NCBI RefSeq assembly: GCF_018350175.1
Contig: NC_058368.1
Span: 60,266,001 to 60,330,000, forward strand
Source of the DNA: Felis catus
Lineage: Eukaryota
Direction of reading: 5' to 3'
DNA: 64,000 nucleotides
Below, piece after piece: positions 39,602 to 52,700 of this stretch; position 1 is the stretch's first letter; each line of letters starts with the position of its first letter. The position numbers and the translations under genes are program-made. Below the pieces are notes generated by a model. That model was given only the letters and a program-made list of their open reading frames with translations, ran no database searches and was not told the origin of the DNA.

Positions 39602-39930
39602 ATTAGAACAACACAACTTTAAAGTATTAGAGTTCTAGAGGTCAGAAATCTGAAATCAGTTTCACCAGGACAAAAGCAAGTTATTGGCAGGGTCATTTCC
39701 TTGCAGAGGCAGTGAGAGAATAATCCATTTCCTTACATTTTTTAGCTTCTCTTGACTGCCTGTATTCCTTGGTTTGTGGCCACCTCCCCCTCCTCCACCT
39801 CCTCTTTTTCTTCCTCCTCCTCCTCCTCCCGCATCACTCCAATCTTTGTATTGTCATACTGCCTTATCAACATCTCTAGTCAAATCTCATTCTTCCTCCC
39901 TCTTGTAAAAACACCTGTGATTACATTAAA
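39602..39930 (-). mobile_element. MLT1 (D-like) LTR fragment
   Basis: 'gttctagaggtcagaaatctgaaatcagtttcacc...gcctgtattccttggtttgtggcc...gtgattacatt'. Confidence 0.8.
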
Positions 39931-39934
39931 GGCT

Positions 39935-40280
39935 TTCCTTTCCACACCCTGTCCTGTGCCTATTATCTGTTCTATCTAGAATGTTCTGTTTCCCAGATAA
40001 ATAGGGTGTATGTATGGTTCTTTCTTATCAGTCAGGCCTCAGCCCAAATAACACTTCTTAGTAAAGTGTTATCATTTTAACTGTCATTGTATCTATTTTC
40101 ATTTTCTGGACTTTTAAATCTATGTATACATTAATTAGATTTCTTCTCTGTCTCCTACAATGAAAAGATAAACACAGGACAGAAATCTTCTTTGCTTGGT
40201 TCCCCATTGTTTTGACAACTTTTGGAGGAATTCCTTGGAACAGAGTAACTTCTCAATAAATTCTAGTTGAATGAATGAAT
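39935..40280 (+). mobile_element. L2 3' end
   Basis: Ends 'ctcaataaattctagttgaatgaatgaat'. Confidence 0.75.
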
Positions 40281-41104
40281 ACATTGTTTAATGCATGAAA
40301 ACAATACTTTTTTGTGTTTTCTGAGAATCTTAACATTATTTATAACATGGCTCATACAGACAAGGAGTTGTATCTCCTGGTATAACAACTTACAAAAAAG
40401 TATTGAATTCACATATATATATCACTGAGATACATAATACACTATTATACATTTTTTAGTCAAATTTCTATTTTTAAGGTCAACTTCCTACATCTCAAAA
40501 AATATTTAACTGACAAAATCAAATTGTGTAAAGTGAAACAATGAACTAAGTCTATTTCCAATTCTTTATAAATTCATCCTTAATAATATATGTTACTTTA
40601 AATATCTTCTATGTTAGATATTACAATGAGAATGCAACACATATATTAAAATTACTTTCAAAAAGTTCTCTTTAAAAATATTTTTCTAATTACATTCAAC
40701 TATAAAATGACTTCAATAGATGATCCAACTGCAATTTTCAAATTTTCTATCAAGAAATAAATTCCTTTTCAGTAGGAAATAAAAAGGCTTATTAAAAAGT
40801 TGCCAAGTCATTTGTTAAGGATGCATTATTTCAAATAATACTTTCAAGAGAAAGGGGGAAATGTGCTATCTGTTCTTTACATTCCACTGCATGTTAAATA
40901 TTTCAGAGGGAGAAATGACTTCAGAAATTTCATTTATGTTAAACTGTGAATGAACAAAAAGTAACTGATAATTAAATGATTTTTGTACATATACATATAT
41001 ATAATTAAAACATTATATATACCTATAAGTATATACATACATAATTAAAACATTATATATATTTGTAGAAGCACATCACTGCTGTTTAATTTAAAATAAT
41101 ATCT

Positions 41105-41375
41105 TGAGAGTCAGTATAGAATAGTGAGTATAGAATAGAATTCTAGGACTTAGTTAAGGGCTAAATTCAGGCTATGCTTTTTCAGTAGTGTGTGAATCTG
41201 GGGAAGATCTTGCTTCACCTTTCTGCATTCCACTTTCCCCCTCTGTAAGTTGGGAATAATTTTACTATTTACCTCACTGGATTGTCTTGCAGATTAAATG
41301 AGTAATTAATTATACAGAAAACACTAAGAACAGTGCCTGGCATGTGGTAAGCCCTGCAAAAATGGCAGCTGTCAA
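41105..41375 (+). mobile_element. MIR
   Basis: 'tttccccctctgtaagttgggaataat...acctcact...attaaatgag...aacagtgcctggca'. Confidence 0.8.
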
Positions 41376-41524
41376 ACTACTAGCAGTTTCCATTAAGTGT
41401 TACCATTCACACCAGCATCCTACTTCAGATAATAACAAATGCTAGGGTGGAAAAAAAGGAGTGTAGGGAATAAAGAATGCTGAGGGGAGGATACTTTCAA
41501 TATTGTTTGATTATTAAGGAAGTT

Positions 41525-41735
41525 GGGGCGCCTGGGTGGCTCAGTCGGTTAAGCGTCCGACTTCGGCTCAGGTCATGATCTCACAGTCCGTGAGTTCGAG
41601 CCCTGCGTAGGGCTCTGTGCTGACAGCTGGGGGCCTGGAGCCTGCTTCGGATTCTGTGTCTCCCTCTCTCTCTGACCCTCCCCCATTCATGTTCTGTCTC
41701 TCTCTGTCTCAAAAATAAATAAACATTTAAAAAAA
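41525..41735 (+). mobile_element. Can-SINE
   Basis: TSD tgattattaaggaag (41508-41522, 41736-41750). Confidence 0.97.
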
Positions 41736-44149
41736 TGATTATTAAGGAAGCTTCATTAAAACACGTTAAGATTTCTATTGGAATTGAGATTTAGCTAAAA
41801 TGAATAAATTAATATGATCAAAAGTGTTTTAGACAAGTTGTTTACACAATAAAATAGTATTTAATTATAATAAATATATAATAATAAATTTATTTATGAT
41901 GATTTTCACATCAAAATTTATAACATCCAGATTTGCATTTCAATATTACCTCCTCCAATTGATAGCGCTAGAATATCTAAGATATGTAACCTGAATCAAA
42001 TTATATATTAAAATATCCACCTTACAGGATTGTGGTAGAGTATAAATAGCGACTCGAAATTGACAAACATGACCTGATTAATATCGAAAAATTTTTGACA
42101 ATTATTTTTATATACATACATACACATATTTATGTTTGTTTAATGTTTTGTGTATCTGGATTGTAAAATACACTCTATCACAGTGTATATTATTAATATT
42201 TCTAATATATAACCGAAAATTTTAATAATTCTGCCAAGTTATTATGATATTGTAACACGTTAAATCAACATGATACCTGGAAGATCTGCCACCAATAAGT
42301 AACAAATATCTATCCTGTGATCAAGAAAAGTCATTTATCAACTAGACTTCTGTGTTTTATCACATTTGTGTTCTCAAATCTTTTAGGTTCATGCATACAC
42401 TGAGTTGTCCATTCTTAATCCAAATGTGAAGATGAAATGTTGCTGTTGTCACTTAAATGCTGTTGTCATCATAAATGTGCAGTGGATAGGAAAGATTTTT
42501 ACATAAGGGTTTTGAGATCATATATAAGCAATGGGTTTTATTTTTAACATTATTAGTGTTATTTTTATCTTAACAGCACTGAGAATTAGATGAAATGTGA
42601 CAGATAAAATCTACAAATTTGCATAAGTATTTTTCACTAACTTGTTTAAGCATGAACTAATGATTGAGAATTTATATTATTTTGAAAAATAAGTGATAGA
42701 AGATATATAGAGATAAAGTAATGAAAGCAGTTCAGCACATTCTAGAAAGTGGTCTGATTGTACTTTTTGACCAAACTAATAAAATAATAGAATGTATTCA
42801 TATTGTTATACTATTAAGCAGAAGTAGTCTGATAACATGAAAATAAAATTGTATGATTCCAATAGAACACTCAAAATAGACATAAAAGCATAAAATTATT
42901 CAAAAAACCAATTATCATCATATTCCATTATGGAGTATTAGGTCTCCAGAGTTCCATTAGAAATGCACTTATTTTACTTGCTAATTTTATTTTTGAGCTT
43001 CTGAAATCTCATTTTGAACTTCAAATTCACATTAAACAGACATCTCAGCATACATTACTTATCCCCCGGCGGGTAACTTTGGAAGAATGAGAAGATCCCA
43101 AAGAAGAAGAAGAAGAAAAAAAACAACCAATTTTACTACATTCTAATTTGGTAATACTCTTGAATATCTGAGGACTTTGTAAAACAATTAGAATCTTAAA
43201 TTTACATAGAACTATTTGTCACCCCTCGTTCTAGTCTTCTGCCACCATAATATGTTGCGAATATCTTGTGCCTAGTTATCTGACTCTCTCCCAAAGTTTG
43301 TCTATGTGATGTTTACTCTGGTTTGGTGTGCCCTTCATGTTACTCCTTAGTGTACCATCTTCTTGCTCAAGTGAATACTCCCTACTTCATACAAGATTAA
43401 ATCTGCGTTCCTCCTCAGGTTTTCCACCTTCCAAATCTTGTACCCATTCTCACTTTGTGCTTTTATTACTTACCAACTAAAACTCTATTCAAAGAGGCCA
43501 TTTTTCTTACTGAGGCCCATCTTTAACAATTTTTTCCTACTCTTCCCCCCACATTATTTAAATATTCTTTAGTACTTAGCCAAACCACTTTCCTACCCGT
43601 CTTAGGCTCCTAGTTTCTATTAAGACTTGTTCTCTTAGGATTATCTATTCCCTAACAGAAGAGTAGAGATGCCAAAAAAGTAAATATGTATCTGAAGAAT
43701 GTAACCATCTGTAAGAAATCCTAAGTGAGATCATTAAATTAAACACAAACTAAATTACCGTCATGGAAATAGACTAAATTTCACTCAGTGTTATAACTAC
43801 AATTTATGATGTTTTCTAATATTTTTAATCTTTTACTTAATCATTTATTCATTATTTAATCATTCATTAAAAAGTATTCATTCAGTTATTCACAAAAATT
43901 ACTTAACCGTAATTTATCCACTAGATTCCGGAATACATGTATAGTTTTCGTTTGTTTGTTTTTCCTCTGCTTAAAAGTTGGAAAGTAGTCCTTAATGCAG
44001 TAACTATTTGCTGGAGTACAGAAGGACACTTTTGGGCCCTGCTGTTTTTACTCTGTTCTTTGAACCCCACCCTTTTAGCTCAGCAGCAGTTTTACTGTTG
44101 TGTTCATTCTGAAGAGATAGCTGAGCACAGTCATGCAGACAAATATCCC

Positions 44150-44550
44150 AGCTTGGGGGTCAGACCATAAGCAAAATAAGGAGAGCATTCACACACGGGG
44201 CTAACATAGTGTGGATGTCAGGGCTTAATTGGGTATGGAAGGTTCCAAGTTGGGAGAAGGCCTGGTCAAGGTAGAAGAGCCCAAACAGGCTGAAGGAGAG
44301 CCTGGTGTGAAATGTGGGAGCCCAATCAGTGTGAGAAGGTTATGCATAGAGGTCTGCATTGTCAGATCCAAAGAACAATAAAGAGGATGCCCAGGTACAG
44401 AGACAGATGCTGTGTGGGGCCCTATCAGAGCCAGGCCAAGTGAGAAGGACTTCTGCATGCTCTGGCATGAGTGAGGCATGGGATATCATCCCCTCGGGCA
44501 TGGGGTGTCAGAGTCCAAACGTGGGCAGGAAGGCGTCCATGTGAGGGGGC
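44150..44550 (+). mobile_element. L1MC3/4-like 3' UTR GC-rich internally repeated segment
   Basis: Recurring '(tc)agagccc/tcagag...gtgagaagg' units. Confidence 0.55.
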
Positions 44551-44579
44551 ATAACATAAAGCCTGAAATGCACTCACAC

Positions 44580-45637
44580 CTACTGAAACGTGATATAAAG
44601 CAGAGTGGACACTGACGGTCAGTGGGGAGAGGATGGACGATTTAAGAAATGACTCTGGAAAGACTGGCCTTTTCTATGAAAATGAAAGGAAATGGAATTC
44701 TTATCACACATCATAGTCAAAGTGATTTAACTCTCAAGTGAAATAATATACATTAACAGAAATTAATGAATATGATTTGATAAATAATATGTATCGTATA
44801 GAATTTGAAGTATCCTTTAGAATAAATATTGGTGATAATACAAATTACCCTTTAGATATTCCTGTTTCTCTGTAAGGAAAATGATTATTTAATAAGACTT
44901 AAAGAAAATTGACTAAAATAAAAAATAGAGCTATATTATTAAATTTAGGAAGTGTGCTCCTAATAACACACATGAAAAAGTGTAAAAGGAAAAAAAGGGA
45001 GGGGCACAAATTAGGAAATAGTATTTCAACATAATTGTTTGCTGAAGAATTAAACCCTGAAATATATAAAGAGCTCCTAACAATCATTTAAGAGAAAGGA
45101 GAAACAGCCAAGTAAAAACATAATCAAAATCTGCCAAACATCTTACAGAAGAGAAAATACAAGCGTCTTGTGAATATAGGGAAAAATGCCAAATTTAAAA
45201 ATGTACATTAAAATAATAATATTCCATATTATTGGGAAAAAAATACATGTGCAATATCAAATTTTGAATTAAAATGTTGTCATTTTCTGTACAAGGGTAC
45301 ATTGATTCATGAGCCATTTTTAAAGTAGTTTAGTCTTCTATAGCAGATTTGAAGATGGACAAACTCTGTGACCCAGAGATGCCTGTCCAAGGTAACACCC
45401 CCTGAAAACACTTCTATATGTATCCAGGAGACTTGCACAATAATATTCATAGCATTATATTTGTGTAACTTAAGCACTGGATACATCCATAGCACAAAGG
45501 ATAAATATATTGTGTTGTGATACTGCAATAGATTACTATGCGGTAAAAGTCAAGAATATTATAAGCAAAGGCTTCACCATGAATGATTCTCTACATCATA
45601 ATGCTAAATACAAGATGATATATTGTTTAGGGATATA

Positions 45638-45674
<37 letters not shown>

Positions 45675-45800
45675 GAAGGAAAAAGCAGTAAAAATTTTCA
45701 CATAAAATTCAAAAGAAAGTTTGATTCTGGAAAGGACAGAGGGAAATGTTGGTCTTGTTGGAAAGAAAGTTTCTAAATTACTTCTAATATTTTATTTCTT
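44580..45800 (+). mobile_element. Old L1M ORF2-end/3' UTR fragments
   Basis: 'aatatataaagagctcct', 'acagaagagaaaatacaa', 'aatattcatagcattat'. Confidence 0.65.
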
Positions 45801-45975
45801 AATTCAATATTTTAATCATTCAATAAACAGTTCAATATTTTTTACTAACATTCATACATGTATATATATGTATGTATTAGATAATGATAGAATAGTGTAT
45901 GTATACGTATATACAAATTATATGTGTGTGTTATATTTAAATATATCATAAAAGAAAACTTAAAAGCACAATTGT

Positions 45976-46185
45976 GTTTTTTTCAATGTTTATTTATTTT
46001 TGAGAGAGAGAAACACAGAGCGTGAGCAGGGGAGAGGCAGTGAGAGAAGGAGACACAGAATCCAAAGCAGGATCCAGACTCAGACCTGTCAGCACAGAGC
46101 CAGATGGGGGGCTCAAACTCACCAACCATGAGATCATGACTTGAGTCAAAGTCAAGCACTTACCCAACTGAGCCACTCAGGCACG
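45976..46185 (-). mobile_element. Can-SINE
   Basis: 17-bp TSD cttaaaagcacaattgt (45959-45975, 46186-46202). Confidence 0.96.
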
Positions 46186-46289
46186 CTTAAAAGCACAATT
46201 GTTTAAGTTCCTATCTTAATTCCTTGAATATAGTATGAGTATGAGTTGATATAGCATGACATTTGACTTTTTTTGGAAGTAATTTATTT

Positions 46290-46565
46290 TTAAACCATTT
46301 TATTGAAGTATGATTGATGTATAAAAAACTGTGCATATTTAATGTATACAACTCAATGAGTTTGGGGATCAGTACACACCCATGAAATCATCACCACTAT
46401 CAAGGTAATGAACACATCCATCACCTTGCAAAGTATCTCCTCACCCCTTTTATTATTATTTGCATGTGTATGGTAAGAATACTTGATTTGAGATCTGCCT
46501 TCTTAGTAAATATTAAGTATACCATTCAGAGTTATCAACTTAGAGGCACTATGATGTATAGTAAT
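46290..46565 (-). mobile_element. L1MA/L1MB 3' end
   Basis: 'tttattgaagtatgattg...gtatacaactcaatgagttt...catcacc'. Confidence 0.8.
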
Positions 46566-47768
46566 TTCACAAGCTTTAACAATTTAGAAATTGCAGGATT
46601 CCACACTGTCACTAGTCAAACAACTTAAGCAACTTGGAGTGTATTATTAACCAGTTCCATAAAAGGAATACCTTTTTGACTAAATACCACTGTGTAATTG
46701 GATAAGGTTAGAAAAGGCTAGTCATAAGTTATTTAATAATAAAGTAGGCCAATCCTAATTTGTTAATGATAGATGGTCTGTCAGCAATTATTTTTAGCCC
46801 AAAACCCATTTTGTTGCTTAGGAAACCTGGTTAATTTAGGAAAAGTGGTTAAATAAATGATAAAGTTCATATAATCAGGCACTAGAAAACAGGGAGTGAA
46901 AAAAATAAATTTCTTGACAAGTAGTAATTCAACAATGGATTATAGCAAAATTGGTAAGCAAGAAAACAACCTTATATTAAAAATAAGCACCGGAAGATAC
47001 ATTGGAAAAATTATCAGAGCAGAAAAGAAATTTCTAATCAGCACACAGTTTAGTTTTTTGTACATTCCTAAAATACGTGTATTTTGATAACACTGCTAAT
47101 TGACTAGCGTAAGGTACAACACTAAACATTTCTATTTGGTGTTTCTTCTCATTCTTAGGCAGGAAATGTGAGATTATAGGATTTTTATGCACATTACATT
47201 CAAATTTTCTCCTGAAAGAACTAATAAAAATGTTATAGGTTGTAGAAATTAATTTATGGATGATTCTGAAGGCAGAAAAGCTCTAAATTAACCTTGCTTG
47301 AAGGAGAACTCAATGTTCTTATTCATTAAGGCCCCCAGCTGTGCTCAAGTATAGTGCAATAGATGTTCCTGCTCTTTCAGATGAGGACTCCCAGTACAAA
47401 CCTCTTTTCAAAGTTCTTTATTTATTTATTATTTCTTTCCTCAAAGGAAAAGAGGATACGGGCAGTTGCTATAAAGTATTTTTCTCTTGATAACATCTAA
47501 CTGATGATATTCAGAAATTTTCATCAATAGTATTCAGTTATATCATGTTCCTTCCAAACCTAGAGGACAATTTAGCATCTATGAAATCAAAGCAGCAACC
47601 TCAGATATAACGCACGGGAGCTTTTCATTTGATTTTTGTAATTTAAATTTTCTCCTTGGTAGATTAGGCTAAATACCTATTCCACCAAGGAACAGGTTTG
47701 TCAAAAAAAAAAAAAAGTCACCGTCAGAAAATAGTGTTTTATATAATAAAAGTTGATAATGGATTTCT

Positions 47769-47976
47769 TTTTTTAAATGCTTATTTGTCTATTTTTGAGA
47801 GAAAGAAAGAGGGCACACACAAGGGACAGAAAAAGAGGGAGACAGAGAATCCCAAGCAGGCTCCACACCGTCAGTTCAGAGACTGACGCTGGTCTCAAAC
47901 CCACAAACTGTGAGATCATAACCTGAGCCAAAACCAAGAGTTGGAGGCTTAACTGATTGAGCCACCATGGTGCCCC
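47769..47976 (-). mobile_element. Can-SINE (older)
   Basis: TSD atggatttct. Confidence 0.93.
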
Positions 47977-48337
47977 AACATGGATTTCTACATTTGGGTT
48001 TCTATTATACATGGCTTAATGAAATGCAGACTCTGGTTTAGAATATTTTCTTGTTTTCGTAGTAATAAAAACATAAAAGAAAGTCTAGACTGTGGTTAAA
48101 ATGGGAATTTAGAAAATTTTCTTAGTGGAGAAAGAGTAACCCTGTATCTTACTTCATTAATTTATTTAAAAGTTATGTGTTTATATATAACTTACAGCCT
48201 TATGGGCCAGTGAATATAAAGCAGTAAACAGTATATACATGATTCCTGCCATCCAGGACACATTCTCTGGTCAGCATTACACTAGTGAACATAAGTTGAG
48301 TCTCATTTATGAAATAGAATTTAAAAAACTATCTTCT

Positions 48338-48558
48338 GGGGCGCCTGGGTGGCTCGGTCAGTTAAGCGTCTGACTTCGGCTCAGGTCATGATCTCGCGGT
48401 CCGTGAGTTCGAGCCCCGCGTCGGGCTCTGTGCTGACTGCTCAGAGCCTGGAGCCTGCTTCGGATTCTGTGTCTCCCTCTCTCTCTGCCCCTCCCCTGCT
48501 CATGCTCTGTCTCTCTCTGTCTCAAAAATAAATAAACGTTAAACAAATTTAAAAAAAA
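48338..48558 (+). mobile_element. Can-SINE (fairly young)
   Basis: TSD aaaaaactatcttct; CpG-rich. Confidence 0.97.
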
Positions 48559-48889
48559 ACTATCTTCTGACTCACTCATTTAAATAGACATGTATCCCCT
48601 AGGAAATCACCAGACCTGATAGGTAATGTCACTATGATTACAACAAAAAAGTAAGAAAGCAAATATTCAATTGCAAATTAAAATATGGGATATACGTAAA
48701 TGAATAGGGTAAAGAGATGGGGAACAATTGAAGAAAATTAAGACTGAGAGATGAGATAAAGTAATCCTGGAAAAATAACTTTAAGACCAATTCTTTAATT
48801 TTAACATCTTTAGGAACATATAATTGACATAAATGTACTGTGCATATCTAATGTATTCCATGTCATGAGTTTGGACATAAGCAAACACA

Positions 48890-49700
48890 AGGATAGAAAA
48901 CAGCCAGGAAGGAACAATCTCAGGTGTGAAGGCCTTAAGACAGCAAGGTTTATGTGTGAGAAAATGGAAAGTGACCAGGCCATCTAGGACTAAATGGGCA
49001 AGAAGAATGATAAAATTGTAGGCTCTTACAGACAGGGTCATTTAAATAAGTTTTAGTTTTAATCAACGTACACTGAAAAGTAACTAAAAACTTTTAAGTG
49101 GAGTGATGCAGTGCTCTTTTTTTTTTTTTTTTTTTTTATTTTTTTTTTTTTTATTATTTTTTTTTTTTTTTAATTTTTTTTTTTTTTTCAACGTTTATTT
49201 ATTTTTGGGACAGAGAGAGACAGAGCATGAACGGGCGAGGGGCAGAGAGAGAGGGAGACACAGAATCAGAAGCAGGCTCCAGGCTCTGAGCCATCAGCCC
49301 AGAGCCCGACGCGGGGCTCGAACTCACGAACCACGAGATCGTGACCTGGCTGAAGTCGGACGCTCAACCGACTGCGCCACCCAGGCGCCCCAGTGCTCTT
49401 TTTTTTTTTTTAAGGTAATTCTGCGTATCATGTAGAAATTGGATTGGAGAGTACAGGAGAAAAAGGATGACAAATTAGGGGAGACTGCAGTAATCAAAAC
49501 AATACTGACTGACTTATACAAGTTTAATGGTGTGGACATTTGGAGAAGTGGATAGATACCATCACACATTACACAACTTCCCTAGGGATTGTGGGTAGAG
49601 AAATGGAGAGCATGGAACCAAGCATAATCTCAGTGTTTTGGCTGGGATCGTGGTATCATTTACAAAGAGGGTGGGACAAATGATGATATTAAAGTCGCTC
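48890..49700 (-). mobile_element. L2 fragment interrupted by a young SINE
   Basis: Antisense L2 motifs on both sides of the SINE. Confidence 0.6.
49117..49391 (-). mobile_element. Young feline Can-SINE with very long tail
   Basis: ~70-nt T tract (49117-49188); TSD agtgctc(t)n. Confidence 0.97.
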
Positions 49701-50929
49701 CTGTTGAATGGTTGAGAAAAGTAGCAAACATCTCTTCTGGAAACGCACTGTTTGTTCCAGGCTGTTAACAAAAGCAGTTTCTGTGGAGGATTGCAGCAAA
49801 GGTGGATGGACAGAGGAGAAGCAGAGGTAGGGAGCTCTTAAGCTGATCATGAGAAACAAACAGCTTAGTAGTTGGAGGAGTATTTGGAGCTGAGGGAAGT
49901 GTTTTTAGTTTTTTCCCCTCCCAGGTTAGTATGTGATGAGGGAGATAGGATAGTGATGATGATTATAATGGTGGTGACGGTGATGGTAATGTGATGACTG
50001 TGATTATGTAATTGTTCACATACTGAGATGGTAGTTTCTCTCATTTAAGTTAAAAAACAACATATAATCTGTGTCAAACCCTCATTTTCTACCTCTTGAG
50101 GGAATCTTGTCCTTCACGTCCTTCACCTCCACTAAATAATTACCAGCAACTGTTTAAAAATTAACGAGAATTGTATTTTTAAATATTTTAGAGCTATTTA
50201 GGAAGTTAATGAGTACAGCTTTTATATAGTTCTCTGGTCCCTTTTATAATTTAATTGCAAGTCTCTGTAATTCAGCAATAATCATTTAAAATTTGAAATG
50301 TCAGTGTCACTGGCATTAAAAATGTGTTTCATCCATGAGATAGAATTTAAAATATATTCTGCTTACAAGACTAGAAATAAAAATGTGCTCCACAGGAAAT
50401 CACCAGCGCTGACAGGTAACTTCACTATAATTACAACTGTTTTTCTTATTTATCTAATATCATGCTTACTTAGAAAAATACCTGGCAGAATATGTATCTT
50501 CTATAAGCAGAGAATTGAATCTTAAGTTTTGAGGTACAATTTGTCTAAATGGGAGACCATCTGTTCATATTGAATGAAATATAATCTGGAAAATAGGGGC
50601 AGCCTTTGAATCATTACGCTGTTCATTCACACAGCACTAGGTTTAAGTTCAAGTTGAAGATGCAAAAACTGGCATATAGGCAATTTTCTTTATAACTGCT
50701 GGTCTATGTTACATGCTTATCTATCTGGTCTTTTGTGATGTCTCAGTATCACTATTTGTGAGTCTTGTTAAACATTAAATAGCAATACTAAATTAGCAGC
50801 ATGGTCACATATTGGAACTTTCTTCTCACATGTTTGGGTATGTATTTATTATGGAACTCTTCAGTTTGGTTTTTGTTAATGGCTTTTTATTTTCCCTTTC
50901 TGTTTTGTTTGCTAGTCTAAAAAATTACT

Positions 50930-51477
50930 GTAAATATGTATTTTGAAGCTGGACATTGACCAATACCGTCTTACTGCAACCCTCAGTTTGATTATACTTT
51001 AGCAAGACTCTTCCTGACTGTAGGCCCCTTCTAGAAAAAGTTTTTGTAGAAAACTTTATTTAGAAAATGTCCAAGCATAAATTCATTTTTTGAATGACTG
51101 AGATATAAATCTTCTCCCAATTTCTTGCTAGTTTTACAACCCTAGAACACCTGTCCTATGGATCAGAGAACTATGTCTTTGAACATAATCTTCAGGAATA
51201 ATAGCACCCATGTCTCCCAGTTTCTGTGGGAGGTTAGGAGCCCAACTTCCATCACCTCTTACAGGGATCATCGGTTGACCCAATCACATTGATCAACCTC
51301 CTCCAGTACTATTGCACCAGCTCACCCCAGTTCTTAGAAACTCTCCTCCCCTCTGTGTTGGTGTAGTTGCATTTATTTTCTTTCCCAATTTGTAATAATC
51401 TTGACCCCTATTACAATAGACTTGAATAAAGTCTTCCTTGTCTGTTTAACTCCGTCTGGTGCAAATTTTCTTTGACT
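50930..51477 (+). mobile_element. ERV1-type (MER34/MER39-like) LTR; left boundary uncertain
   Basis: 'gtctcccagtttctgtgggagg', and 'gaataaagtcttccttgtctgtttaac...ttttctttgac' as 3' end. Confidence 0.72.
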
Positions 51478-51944
51478 ATATAAATAACCTTTAGTCTCTA
51501 CTGACATTATTTTAAGGAAACTCATTTGTTTGAGACAATGTACTTTTTTCCATATCCTGGGATACCTAGAATCTCTCTTTTTCTAATTTAGTTTTTTTTT
51601 TTTTGGCTTAAGACCAAAAAAATTGTACTATTCTTGAAGGCATATAGTGTATTTATATTTTACTTTTATGAAAAGTAGTATTTATCTATTATAAATAATA
51701 AGGAAATTAATTAATACCATTTAAAAGAATGCATAAAATAATGAATGAATAATCAAAACACTAAGTAAATAAATACATAAATGAGTTTGGTTAGCTGGAG
51801 TTATGTGCCACAGCTACAGTTCTTAACCAACTAAATGTAACACTTTGTTCTCTCCCTCTCTCTCCCCCCTTCACTATCTCTCTCCCTACCACCCTCCCTT
51901 TCTCTCTCTCTCTGTTTCTCTTTTTCTCAGTCTTCCTCCTTCTC

Positions 51945-52065
51945 TTTACTAGAATGTAAACACTATTGGACTTTAAGTCCATTGAAGACCAGGATTATAT
52001 CCTACATTTTGTAACTCTTCTGGTGTTGAAGTAAATATTTAACAGCTGAATGTTTGTTGAAATGA
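51945..52065 (+). mobile_element. L2 3' end fragment
   Basis: 'actagaatgtaa...gaatgtttgttgaaatgaa'. Confidence 0.55.
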
Positions 52066-52245
52066 ACTATTAGCTACGGAATTCAAAAGTATTTATTTCC
52101 TTTGCCTGCGTTATATTTTTATTACAAACAAAACAAATTATGTTACCCAGTTTTGAATCACAGAAAGTAACAGTAAAATTAGGTATTAACCCTTTAAATT
52201 CTGAAGTAGCAAGTTATGTATTAGAAGTAGTTTAAGAATATTTTT

Positions 52246-52462
52246 TTAATTTTTTTAAACGTTTATTTATTTTTGAGACAGAGAGAGACAGAGCATGAAT
52301 GGGGGAGGGTCAGAGAGAGAGAGGGAGACACAGAATCTGAAACAGGCTTCAGGCTCTGAGCTGTCAGCACAGAGCCCGACGCGGGGCTTGAACTCACGAA
52401 CCGCGAGATCATGACCTGAGCCGAAGTCAGACGCTTAACCGACTGAGCCACCCAGGCGCCCC
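52246..52462 (-). mobile_element. Can-SINE (fairly young)
   Basis: TSD aagaatattttt (52234-52245, 52463-52474). Confidence 0.97.
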
Positions 52463-52477
52463 AAGAATATTTTTAAT

Positions 52478-52700
52478 AATAATAACTAACCTTACTATAT
52501 TGTGTAGTACCTGCCAAGCACTCTTCTAACTGCTGTGCATTAATCAACTTCCATCTCCACAACAAACCTAAGAAATTGATAGTATGATTATTACATTTTA
52601 CAGATAAAGAATGGAAACTTCAGAGCCTGATATACCTTGTTCAATTTTACAGTTAGAAATTGACGAAGCAAGAACTTGAACTGAGACCCTCTGTTTGTCT
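52478..52700 (-). mobile_element. MIR
   Basis: 'tgccaagcactcttcta...cacaacaaacct...cattttacagataaaga'. Confidence 0.75.
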
